Program-made: the position numbers and the translations under genes | The notes under the pieces: model-generated | The model's database searches: none | Told to the model about the DNA's origin: nothing | The model's input: only the letters and a program-made list of their open reading frames with translations | Assembly (NCBI GenBank): GCA_003971905.1 | Contig: RSEE01000065.1 | Location: 124,001 to 188,000 of the forward strand | Origin: Moniliella sp. 'wahieum' | Lineage: Eukaryota | DNA: 64,000 bases | Direction of reading: 5' to 3' | Shown: positions 13,632 through 25,500 of the stretch, piece by piece | Numbering within the stretch: position 1 is the stretch's first letter | How the letters are laid out: every line of letters starts with the position of its first letter

Positions 13632-13918
13632 GGAATCAAGCAGCCATGGGATGATGGGTGGCTCAGCCGTCGAAACCAGCCCACCCGCCCCGTTGCCGTG
13701 GCCGTGTCCGTCGCGGAAACGCCCCGCCGCCATGGTGTCCGCCTGGGCTGCCGACGGCCCATCCATTCCGCCACGGCACGGTGCAACCCCCGACTCCGCC
13801 CCTGCGATTTAATCGGCTGCGCCCGCCTCGGTCCGCTGTCAGCACCCACAGGCACCCACCCACTGCACCACCACCACCACCCCAACCACCCCCCACCCTC
13901 CCTCGTCGCCACCACACC

Positions 13919-15363
13919 ATGGGCGCATGGCCCGAATCTCTCAAGTGCGTCTGCTGTCTCCCTGTGCGTCGGCGAGCTGATCTGCCGCCGTGTGACCCCC
14001 CCCCCGAAGAAAGTACGCCAGACGCGTCTTCGAGCTGGCCGACGACTCGAACCGCGATGCGGTCAGCGAAGAGCTGCGCCAGATCGTGTTCGCCGCCACA
14101 GCAGACGATCCATAGCACCGACTGGGAACAGGCCCCGCTTCCTAAGTCTCTCCAGCCTGCGCCCACACCCCTCAAACGCAAGGCGTTGCGAGGCGTGCCT
14201 AAACTGACCCCTGAAGAACAAGCACGCCGCGACAAGCGCGCCCGCCGATTCGAAGCTGCCCCTGACCCGCTCCTTCCACCGCCTCGTCCTCTTTGACCGC
14301 ATCCGCGGCCCCTCCTAGAAAATCACGATTTGGCCAACCATCTTCAGCCCCAGCTTTTGTCCCGGCCCAGCACGCCTTTGGGGCGCGCCCGATGGCTTAC
14401 GGTGCCCCGGCTGCCGTTCTTCCCCGTGCGCCGGCCTTTGTCGATGCCGAAGTGGAAGACCCCAATGTTATTGATTGGGACAAGGACACTGTTGTGGGCA
14501 CCAGTACAGCACTCGAAAAACCATATTTGCGCCTCACCTCGGCCCCTGACCCCCGAACAGTGCGCCCACTGCCCGTGTTGGAGCAGACGTTGGCCCTGCT
14601 AAGAAGAAGTGGCGGGCTGAACACAATTATGCTTACATTTGTGACCAGTTCAAGAGTTTGCGACAGGATTTGACGGTACGTCTCTTTTGCTACTGTCGCG
14701 GCGGTGGAACTAACTGGGTGGGGTATGAGATAGGTGCAACGGATCAAGAACCCATTTACGGTCCAAGTATACGAGATTCACGCCCGTATTGCCCTTGAGA
14801 AGGGCGACTTGGGCGAGTACAATCAGTGTCAATCCCAACTCCTCGTGCTGTATGAGTTGGGGATCCCCGGCCGAGTCAGCGAGTTCACGGCATACAGGAT
14901 TCTCTATTTGCTCCACACGGGCAACCGCAGAGAACTCAATGCGCTTCTGCCGGATCTCCAGCGCCCAGTGAGCTTCCAGCCTGGCCCACAAGAGGAAAGA
15001 TGACGCGGCAGTGCAGCATGCGTTAGGGGTACGTAGGGCATTGCTAACGGGGGACTACCATGCCTTCTTTTCCCTCTACACCTCTGCGCCCAACATGAAT
15101 GCCTACATTATGGATCACTTCTCCGATCGAGAACGCACCGAGCGCTCCTCACGCTCGCCCGAGCCTACCGTCCCAGCTTGCCCCTTTCCTTTGTCCAGGA
15201 TGAACTAGCCTTCCAGTCTTCCCAGGAGGTCATGGAATTCCTCCATTCTGTACAGGCCGACCTGTATGCAGGAGAGGGCAAGTGGGACACGCGGGCTGCT
15301 CTGCCTTTTCTCTTGACTGCCGCCGAAAAGCTCAAGAGGGTAGACATCAAGGGTCAGCTGTAG
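13919..15363 (+). CDS. THP3: SAC3/GANP/THP3 family protein (Thp3/LENG8-like); introns, frameshifts
   Basis: IDWDKDTVVGTSTALEKPYLRLTSAPDPRTVRPLPVL; NYAYICDQFKSLRQDLT[intron 14676-14733]VQRIKNPFTVQVYEIHARIALEKGDLGEYNQCQ; EFTAYRILY; ends VDIKGQL. Confidence 0.92.
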
Positions 15364-15965
15364 GCGGTTATCTGTGTTCCCCTCCCCATCCCCATCGCAT
15401 TTCCCCTTTCTCCCCTCTCCTTCTCCCTCTCCTTCTCCCTCCCCGTATTTTTTCTTTTTTTGAACAGGTTGCCCGTCGCTCTTCGCCTGAGTGCTGACCA
15501 ATGCCCAAGTCGGCTCCTCTCCAAGACGGATGATCGATGACAGAAGTAACTTGGTATGGCACGGGACAAGACACTTTCGCCAAGGCAGCCAAGAGTAACG
15601 TTTCCACAGCAATAGCTCAACATACCGCCGGCGGCCCGGCAACGCCTCTCAACATTCCACTGTCGCCCCAAATGGGGAGGTTCCGTTACTTGTTGCTCTC
15701 CGTTGGGTCGACATTTTTCATGATCGTGGTGTCATTGGCCAGTCTCGTTAGCTTATTCATTCTTCCGAATTCATCGCCCTTTTTCTCCCGTTCTTGGTCC
15801 CAATCCCCTATAGGCCCGACACGTTGACCGTGCATTGTAGCCAGTGACTAGTGACTGCCGGTTGTGCTCCTCTTACATTGGTGTGTGGTACTCGTGCTGG
15901 TCACACAAGGGACTAGGCCACAAAGTGGAGCGATGGGGGCGAAACTGCACAGTTTTTTGGCAGAG

Positions 15966-15972
15966 TAGGGTT
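15966..15972 (+). promoter_or_regulatory. TAGGGTT telo-box-like motif upstream of THR1 (also 12131, 19341, 43548, 55681, 57439 upstream of other genes)
   Basis: Same heptamer recurs about 85-270 bp upstream of six or seven start codons. Confidence 0.5.
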
Positions 15973-16158
15973 GCCGCTTACCAGCTGGGTTTTGAGTAAA
16001 AGTTTTCTTTTTCGCTGTGGGCCGGTCGGAGCAGCGGACAAAAAAGATCATCGATCGAGGACGATTGTCCGCTCCTTGTCCGTTCCGGTGGGTGGCCAGT
16101 CAGAAGTTTTTCTCCATCAGCACCTCCTTCCCTTTCCTTCCCCACCAGCTCCTCCCCC

Positions 16159-17213
16159 ATGGTTGAGACCTTCACGATCAAGGTGCCCTGCACCTCCTCC
16201 AACATTGGCCCTGGGTTTGACGTTGTTGGCCTCTCGCTTTCCCTCTATCTTACACTGCGCGTCACCGTCGACCCAGCCGCCTCCAACCCGGCGCCCACGC
16301 TGCACTACACGGGTCAAGGCGCAGCGGATGCGCCGTTGGACGCGTACAAGAACCTGACCACCCGCACTGCTCTCTACGTGCTGCGTGCCAACGGGGTCCC
16401 TTCTTTCCCGGCAGGGGTGTCGATTGATGTGCACAACGAGGTACCGTTTGGTCGCGGGCTTGGCTCGTCGGGCGCCGCTGTGGTGGCCGGTGTGGTGTTG
16501 GGCAACCGGCTGGGAAAGCTGGGGCTCGACACGTCTCGTCTGTTGGACCATGCGCTGATGATTGAGCGCCACCCGGACAATGTGACGGCGCGCTGGTGGG
16601 TGGCTTTGTGGGCTCCTACTTGCTCGAGCTGTCGCCCGAAGACACGGAGGCGAAAGATGTGCCCCTTTCCGAGGTCCTGCCAGAGTACCCGCCCGATGCG
16701 TCGGCCGACTGGGGTCGCAACCCGCCCATCCCGCCGCGCGGAATTGGCCACTACATTCGGTTTGGCTGGGCATCTGAGATTCGTGTGATTGCGATCATCC
16801 CGCAATTTGAAGTGTCCACTGCCAAAGCGCGGGCCGTCTTGCCCACCACCTTTTCCCGGCACGACCTGGTATTCAACTTGCAACGGCTCGCTGTTCTCAC
16901 TACTGCCCTGGCCCGCAGCCCTGTGGATGTCAACCTCGTCTTCCAGGCGATGCAGGACAAGGTCCACCAGCCCTACCGCTCTCAACTCATCCCAGGTCTT
17001 CCGCGCATCCTTGCCAGCGTCACGCCTTCGTCCCACCCGGGGCTGTTGGGCATCTGTCTCTCCGGCGCTGGACCTACCATCCTGGCCTTGGCGACGGACA
17101 ACTTGTCGCACATTGCCGACACGATCACTGGTGAATTTGCCAAGGAGAAGATCGAGTGCGATGTGCAATTCCTCTCTGTTACCTACGAAGGGGCCCAAGT
17201 TCTGGAAGAGTAA
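16159..17213 (+). CDS. THR1: Homoserine kinase (one apparent frameshift near 16590)
   Basis: VPCTSSNIGPGFDVVG, GHMP motif PFGRGLGSSGAA, IERHPDN, MQDKVHQPYR, LSGAGPT. Confidence 0.97.
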
Positions 17214-17388
17214 AGGAGGGGAGAAGGATTGAACATGGCATATCTTGCGTTTTTATTTTCTTGTTTTTCTTGCTTTCGTTTAAAGGGGAGCCAGGTTGCG
17301 CACTTACACACCATAGAACAACCATTCTGTCATGTCAGGAGGAGGAGGGCAGCGGCGTCCACCCAGGGCACGGGGAAGGGGAAGGTGC

Positions 17389-19173
17389 CTACTGGCCCAG
17401 AACGTCAACGATCGCTTGGCGCAGTACCTGGGCCGCAAGCTCCATCTCGGACTTGGTGAAGGCCGACGAGACGGCAATTCGGATGGTCGGGTCAGAGTCG
17501 GGCTTGGTATCGAGCACCGCCGGGTTGATCGAGGGGAGGCGGCGAGAACGGACGAGGAGGACACCCTGGTTCAATGCGTGGTCCACGATGGCCTGCAGCA
17601 ACCGCGTCTGCTCTTCCACGGTCCGCTCCGTTTCCCCAGCACGCACGCGAATATGAATGACGGGCGAGGGGCTGTGCGAGGGAATGTCAATTGTAGGCAA
17701 CGTATCCAACACGCTCCGCAGCGTGCGAATGTTGTCTTGCAGCACGCGCAACGACGAGGCGTTCGTCTCGAGCCGCTGAATCGCAGCCGAGGCGGTTACC
17801 GCATTGAGCGCCGGCAGAGCAGCTGAGTAAACAAACCCAGGCGAGTTGATCCGTTGGTGGAACTCGACGACAGCCGAACCAGCAACAAAGCCGCCGGCAC
17901 TGCCAAGAGTGTTGGCCAGATTACCCGTCAGAATGTCAATGTCGGTAGCCGGCACCCCAAACAACTCGGTCGCACCCTTGCCCGTCTTTCCAATCGTACC
18001 AAAAGAAAGACCCTCGTCAAGCAGAATGCGGAACTTGTGTTTCTTGGCCAACGCAACAATCGCACCCAAATCGCTCAGTTGACCATCGTTCTCAAAGATG
18101 CCCTCGGTGATGATGAAGCGGCGGGTGAGGGGCTGCTTGCGGCGCACATCGTCGCGAGTGATCGACTCGAGCACGCGGGACAGGGAAGACATGCTGTTGT
18201 GCTCATACCATCGCACCTTCGACCGACTGATCTGAATGCCTTTCTGGATCGAGTAGTTCACCCCGCGTCAGCAACGATGACGTCTCCGCGCTTGCAAAAG
18301 GCAGGGATAACACTGGAGGTGGTGGTGAAGCCCTGGGCATAGACGATCGCACGCTCTGTGCCAAGGAAGCGTGCCAGGTTGGCCTCAAGGTCCATGTGGA
18401 CGTCTAAGAGAGGATGTGCAGGTTAGCAAATGGCAAAACAAAGAACAGGACAGGGCGGGCAACGCACCAATCGTGCCATAAAAGCCAGGCGGACTGCAGG
18501 ACCCAACGCCGTATTGGCGCAGCGTCTGGATCGCGCGCTCCTTCATCTCGGGCTCAGACGCCAGATCGGTAAAATTGAAGCTAGCTAGGTTCAAGACCTT
18601 GGTTCGCTGACCCACTGCTTCGGACTTGACCGTAGGGCGCGGGCCGTTGGGTCCAACAATGAGGGGGACCGAGGCCAAGTCCCACTTCTCAAACTCATCG
18701 AGAGGGGTGCAGAGAGGCTCAGGACTAAAGTCGTCCACCAGTCCATCGATCTCGGCCGCGGTGAGCTCGACAAAGTTCGAGCCGGAGGCCTGGGACTGGG
18801 TACGCTGCTGGAGAATGGTGCGCAGGGCAAAGCCGATGAGCAACAGCTCGAGCAGGGTGCGGAACGGGTCGTTCTGATAGCTGCTCGTTACGTAGCGCAC
18901 GACAATGGACGATCCCGGCAGCGCACGGAAGAGACGGCCGATGATAGCAAGGTGGTGTTGCAAGCTGCGCAGAAGAGGACGCGCCCAGGTGGCATCGTCG
19001 ACGTCGGGCGCGGCATCCGCAACGGAAGCGACTGTGGCTGCGGACGCCGAGGCGAGGCCAACGGCCACAACCAGCAAGCTGGCGAGGGCTAAGTACGAAC
19101 GCTGGATGGCGATGCCGGCACGGGGAAGCGCGGCGCGGGCCGGCGACGGCGGCGAGGACAGGGAGGATGGCAT
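17389..19173 (-). CDS. LCB1: Serine palmitoyltransferase subunit Lcb1 (intron 18404-18467; frameshift near 18262)
   Basis: [80 protein letters not shown]. Confidence 0.96.
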
Positions 19174-19573
19174 GCAGGCGGGCGGGAGCGGCCGAGTGAG
19201 GAGGTGGATGGTGTTGGGGGCTTCGGGCTGGGGGAGGACCACAGCAGTCGGACGGAGCAGCTGTGGGTGTTGAAACGTTCAATGCTGAAGACGGAGTAAG
19301 GCTGGCCCAGTGGCCTGATCTAGCGCGGATCCACCTGCGCTAGGGTTGAACGTTGATCCTCAGCCGTGCCTCGCGCGCCTCCCTGCGCGGAAAGCAAGCG
19401 TGGGGCGGAATTGTGCCCCACTGCGGGCTCGGCGTGTGGGTTGCTGCCGCTCCTACGGCTCTGGAAGGGCACACAGAAACTCGTCAATATTGTCGGTACC
19501 AGTGGCTCCGCGGTTCATGCGGCCGGCGCGGTGTCTTCTGCCTGCTCAACGACGCTAATGCGCAGAGGGGGTG

Positions 19574-19612
19574 AGTCCACCCTAGTCCACCCTAGTCCAC
19601 CCTAGTCCACCC
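19574..19612. repeat. 10-bp tandem repeat (AGTCCACCCT)x~4; minus strand TAGGGTGGAC
   Basis: agtccaccctagtccaccctagtccaccctagtccaccc read directly. Confidence 0.95.
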
Positions 19613-20658
19613 CGGGGCCCCTTGGTTTTCCTGCTATTGACTACGTTGACTGCATGGCCGCAGCCTGGCCCGTCTACTTCTTCTATACATTAGTTGGCCG
19701 CGCCTAGTATACGCCTCCACCAGTATTAGGTCCGCCTCAGCCTCACTTCGCCTGCTGTCTGAACGGGCGTGTCAGGATAGATCGTCGCCCTCGCACTCCA
19801 TCTGGCAACAGCTTTGGGCAGGCCACCCTTATCGGAACTCCTGTTGGGACTCTGTCCCAGACTATAATCTGGTTTATTATAGCCGCTCAGCACCCTCAAC
19901 CTAGTATCCTGCCTTGGTTATGATACATGTGGGAGGTTATTGATGCATGGGCGTCCTGCCTAGGGGTGTGTAACTACGGACCCTTCCGTTGCTTTTCTCT
20001 TTCCCGGGATCCTGTATCAGAGAGGGCATCTTTCCACTTTTGATAAAAAAAACAGAAGTATAACCGCTTGCTCGGTAGGGCACACGAAACCTATAAACTC
20101 TCCGTAACGCGTTACCATGTTTCCGCACTCTCTCCTCTCTTCCAAACAGTTCCCGATACAGCTCACATCTTGGTCTTTTTCTATGTGATCGAGGTGATGA
20201 TCGGGGTGCGCCTCGAGCCGTTGTTGTGTGTATGTTGGGAGCTTTAAAAAAACTTGGTCGAGAGGTTCTGTATCGCTGCCGGAAAGAATGTGCAAGAGAG
20301 CATCAACCCAGACAAGCGTCCATTTTGAGCATGGTCAACCAGTCAAATCGCCAGCATTCCTTCCCCTCCGCCAACACCATATTATCATGTAATGACACGA
20401 CGGATGAAGACCTGATGCCCTTCCTCTAGGGCAAGAAAACCTCCCAGTCGCAGAAGAGACTCTACATGATTTTGCATGCCTACCTACCGCAACCTGGTAA
20501 CCATGAAACAGTACACATGATAATGAAGGTCAATCAGAATAGGAGACTAGGTGGAAGACAACAAATGGACCATAGAGGGGGATGGACAACAGAGGAGAGT
20601 AGAAGGGAATCAATTGATGCGCCTCAGTGAGCCCGAGGTAAGGAAAGGGAAAGCTCCA

Positions 20659-21916
20659 TCACTTCGCACGCGCGAAGCATATCGAGCATTGATCTTGGAC
20701 ACCATCCATGGAAGGGGTGTTAGCAAGGATCGAAGCAGGATACGTTATGGTAGGAAACAAAGGAAAATCAAAGTATCCGCTTTGAGGTGTAGGAAGGAGG
20801 GGCTGGTCCGTTCCACCATAGTGAGCCGTAAAAGGGGAAATCGACTGGGATCGGCAATCGTACGAGGGCGAGAGGGTGTAGTTGGTCGTTGGCGGGTTCC
20901 ACAATGCACGGGGGTAAGCATGCTGGGAAAGAATACAGGAGGAGCCAAGTAGGAGGGTAGCACATCGCCACCGCTCATGAGAGAGCCACACTCTGACGAA
21001 GAAATACTGTGGTCCCGAGTGGTTCTTGTTTGATCTGGTGGGAGCAGCTCAGGAGTAGCGGTAGGCGACAAGGGATCTTAGGGGGCAAAACAGGGTCGGG
21101 TTAGATCCGTCTCCTCAACACATAAGATGAAACGAGGCGCCACTCACCCGTCCCACTATCTGGACTGAGACAGTCTTCAATCAGGTTGGTGGGGCTCTCT
21201 CCCTCGGCCGAGATGGGTGAAAGAGAGGGCCGCATGTGGTCTTGCCATTGAGGCACGTGAAGCGGAGAGGGCACCGGAGGTTTGGGTTCCCTCGTGGGCT
21301 TCCTAGAGGTGCGTTTGCGCGGAGGAGAAGATGGAGATAGAGTGTCTTCTTGTTTTTACGCTTTTTTAGCAAACGTCGATTGTACGCCGCGCACCGTTCG
21401 CACTGTCCTTCTTCAGTACAGGACATGCACGCTATAACCGTTAAAAGAAAGACGAGTCGTGATGGGTTAGCATGCCACAGAGTATTGCCCAATGATTGGG
21501 ATACAAACATACCCTTATGCCTGTTGAGTGAGAGCGATACCATCTTCTTGTCTCCTTCTTGGACATGCAGTCGAGCATGGCGAACAAGAGAGTCCTGGCG
21601 TGTAAAAGACTGCATTGAGGATAAAAAATATTCAGTACATTATGCACTCATTGCCCTGTACTGTGGGGAGGAGGGAGCAGTAGGGGAAGAGACTTACCTT
21701 TGGGCACCAAGGGCATTGGAACGGTTTTTTATCAGAGTGGATGTACTCGTGACGTTGGAGGTGGAGTAGGCGATGGAATTGGCGGGAACAGACGGTGCAT
21801 GTGAAGGTGCGATGCTCACCCTCATTGCTGGGCTCGATAGCGAGGTTCTGACGGCGTGGGTTCTTGCAGCGGGACATCTGCTGCTTTCGAGAGTAGGAGT
21901 TGGAGGATGGTGGCAT
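20659..21916 (-). CDS. Transcription factor A: two C2H2 fingers plus CxxC-x5-CxxC module; introns 21610-21697, 21432-21512, ~21077-21148
   Basis: FTCTVCSRQFHRLLHLQRHEYIHSDKKPFQCPWCPK/SFTRQDSLVRHARLH ... HK/ACMSCTEEGQCERC; canonical splice signals; start and 3' end approximate. Confidence 0.88.
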
Positions 21917-22414
21917 CGGGGTTACCGTAGCACAAGTCCAGGTTGATCTGGGCGATGAGAAATTGGTGGAGAAAAGAACCGGCTGCCCTACCGGGATGGA
22001 GAATTTGTGTAGGACGGGAGGATATGGGAAGGAAAAAGGCATCCCATATAGAGCGTAGCGGAGATATATGTACTTTTTTACTTGCTCTCCTGGTGGTCCG
22101 CGGGGTTCTCTGCTGGGTCACGCCGCTCAGCGCTCATTGCCCCTATGCTATACGCTGGACACTGAACCCCAAAAGTACTTAGTAGTCATCGACAGCGAGC
22201 TGTTGGCCCTAGGGATCCAGACCAAGTCCGGGGCCCGGACGCATATACTATGACTACTTTTCAATGCGTGAAAGGCTGGCATAGGAGGGTAGTAGAGTTG
22301 GGCAAATAACCGTTGAAGTATGACAGTCCCCACAGTTTGTCGTAGGTAGCGCTCGGACTCGCTTCTCCTGCAGCTTGAGTCTCAGGCCTCAGGCCTCGGC
22401 AGGTGATTGTGTTA

Positions 22415-22445
22415 GGGGGGGGGGGTGGGGGGGGGGGGGGGGGGG
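22415..22445 (+). repeat. Poly-G tract interrupted by one T
   Basis: Read directly. Confidence 0.9.
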
Positions 22446-22480
22446 TGAGTATGGGGGACACCGAACAAAATGTCGACGGC

Positions 22481-22510
22481 TACTCAGTACTCAGTACTCA
22501 GTATACTCAA
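22481..22510. repeat. Heptamer tandem repeat (TACTCAG)x3
   Basis: tactcagtactcagtactcagta. Confidence 0.9.
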
Positions 22511-25500
22511 GTAGTGGTTGCAGTACTATTGAGTACCCTGTGGTAGCCGTCTTGCCACTCGAGTAACTGAGTAATACGAGGTCGACCGACGTTGAGGCCG
22601 TTGAGACATTGAGGCCTGAGGCCTGATGATCGATGATCAATGATCCATGAGGAACGTTGAGGTCGATATCAGTCTAGACCCACACATCTTGCACCACAAT
22701 CGATCGGGGTTTCTCTTCTCCAGCATCTGAAATACTCAATACGAGACGGTGGACATTATATACTCGCAAGTGTACCATATATAGTAGGGCCGATCCGTGT
22801 CCTCCTGAACGCTTCGTTTCGAAGGACATCCGTGGCCAAATGTAGGTCTGCTTTGGCTGTACAACTGTTCCTAGAATCTGAATCATACGCAAGGTACTCA
22901 AACAGAAATGGGCAATGGCAGTAGGTGCGTCGAAGATTCAGCAGTTTATTGAGACGCCGTCACGTGCATCATGCACATCTTCAAGCCTTCGTACTTGTTG
23001 GTGCCATCAAATCTTTAAAGGCAGATCCTGCACCACAGCCCCTCAACGTCTCTCTTGAATAACTTGCGTTGGGCCAGTTTGTATGGAAGAACGAAAACGT
23101 GCCGGTATGGGGAGGAACCCCCCAAGAAGTATATGATATGCAGATTGATATGATCGATGATCTAGATCTTCTCCGCTGCATACATATAGAAGAGGTCGCC
23201 CTGAGTATACTTGGTATGTGACATGTGAGTGCTGAGTTATACCAAACCCCTTTCCTATACGTTCCATCTCGTTGTCAGTAAGAGCTGCAGCAGGTTTGGC
23301 ATAAAGGAAACCTTTGAGGCTGCTTGCGAAAGCGCTGAGGCGCTGAGCTCAGGCGCTCTGGCACAGCATCCCGCCACACAGTACAATAATATAGGCAAAA
23401 GCTTTGAGCTACTCTCAGATCTCACTAGTCACTATCCACCACGATTCACTTAGTAGTCACTACTCCGTTGAGTACTCAGACTAACCACCTCAGAATACTG
23501 TGAACGTTGGTTAACGCTGGCTGCTGCGTCCACGGCTTTTTTTCGGCAAAACAAGGGCTCGAGGATGGCCCAGGGCTAGACCCTTCTGCACAATTATTGT
23601 GATGATCGGTAAGGATGTTCAAGTTGCCACACACACCAAACGACTGAAAGTTGGGCTAGTTGACCGTGTTGTGTGCAGCCTTCAGATATAGATCAGATCG
23701 TCGAAGCATCTTGTCCCCCAAGGACAGAACCAGCGCAGCACGTTTTTCTGTACACGCCCCCCCTAACAGTTTTGGCAGGTCTCTTCACTGGTAATTCTCA
23801 AACTTGCACAGCCCACTGGCTATCTCCTCAATGTTCAACGTAACACGCAACGGCTATACAAACATAGGATCATTTCGCATTTTCAAGCCGTGGCACTCAA
23901 GCTCAACACTCAACGATTGTGCGTCCCTCTATACTTCCCAGAGGCGCGGGACTGGGTCTGATTCTTGCGATCCATGTGCATATTACAAAACGAAGAGTCG
24001 AAAGAGTATAGCGGAAAAGTATACTATTACCTCTCGGAGAGCGTCTTCGTCAGCCTCTCTCTCCACTTTTGATCAACCGGACGCTTCACAGTGCCTCAGT
24101 TTTCTCATGCACCCCCAAATGGCATTTCATATTGAGTACTGCCCTGTCCCAACGCGTTGTTCTGGATAGTGACAATCATCTTTGTGATCAGCTTTCTCCT
24201 GGATGTGCGATCGATACACAGGAATAAGGATACGCAACACATGCATATATCACAGAGATGCATCACTTAAAGATTGAGTATTTAGAAGTACTAAGTATAA
24301 ACCCCGCCCCCTACAACATGTCACACTCACATGGTGCTCACATTGCAGCCATATCGCTTCCACTTGGAGTTCTACTCATTAGACTCGCCCGGCTACTGGT
24401 CAGCGACAGTAGTAACCTACACGTAACTAGAAAGCAGCTTATTATTAATCGGTGCACTATATATTGCTCTCAGTAACTAATAAAATTAGCAACTCAGTTA
24501 CTAGTTAACTCAGTACTCGGTGCACTTAGAACAATGAACGTATGAACTCAGTAACCGTGCCTGGTCTAGACCCCGGACTCAGTATTCTGGGTCTCAGACC
24601 TCAAAATTCAATACGGGTGCGGACTGCGGGTACTGCTGGCTAGTGCGGGCCGCGGCAACTTGTACGCGTTGCTCAGTGGCGTTCGGCCAAAGCATCCGGC
24701 GCTCTGTACTCCGGCGATACCAGCGGTCGCGTGCCGGTCGCGGTCCATCTCCTTCCAATTCCATCTCGTCCATCGGTCTCGCAGGCCCCCGGCCGCCGGT
24801 CCCGGGCAACTGCACCTATTGAGTAACCGCGCAGCGTCACGCATCCGCAAGGTTATGCACTTGCTGCAGGATCGGGCGCCCAGCGCTGAGCCTCAGGCTT
24901 TTGGAATCTGTTGCCCAGGGACGAGTTTCTGCTGCAATCAGATGGCCCGACTCAGTCAACTATAGTACGTTCAAAACGTTCAATAGTCAGATCTCAGACT
25001 GACTATAGTGTCTAAAGGACAATTAGGCCCTTAGGCCTTAGGCCCTTAATAGAGCTTAGATCTACGAGACGCGGGAGATGGAGAGCTGACCATGCCGGGT
25101 ACGGAGGCCGGAGGGGCCTCTATTGTCTCAAACGCCAAACACCGATTTTCGAATACCAAACGAGTTGCATATAATGCAAAACCCCGCCTGTGAACTGTGG
25201 TGTGCCTGACAATGGCTGCCCTCCTCATATGTGGACGCGGTTGTGTGACAAGGCCAGAACGCCATCACGCGTCACGTCACCACGTCACGGTAAAGCTATG
25301 CAGTGGCATGTTTATTTGCGGTTTCGTGCTTGGGACGAGTCGTACGCGCAGAGCGCGTAACCAACACAACGCAACCGGTAGCGGAAACCGTAGCGGATGT
25401 TGACAGCTCCCCCTCCCGCGTAGAGGTGTGGAAGGCGAGCACGGCAAGGGGAAGGAATGTGGTAGTGATGCAATTATAGTAGGGGATGCACAATCACTTA

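Noticed and set aside
15537..15827. 96-aa ORF with a hydrophobic stretch between THP3 and THR1
   Set aside because: No recognisable homology; could be UTR or promoter sequence; insufficient support
6003..19173. Pseudogenisation or programmed frameshifting of housekeeping genes
   Set aside because: Several are essential in model fungi, motifs are intact and no shared slippery site is evident; sequencing error is more parsimonious
24594..24965. GC-rich coding-like patch in the island
   Set aside because: No family recognised in any frame
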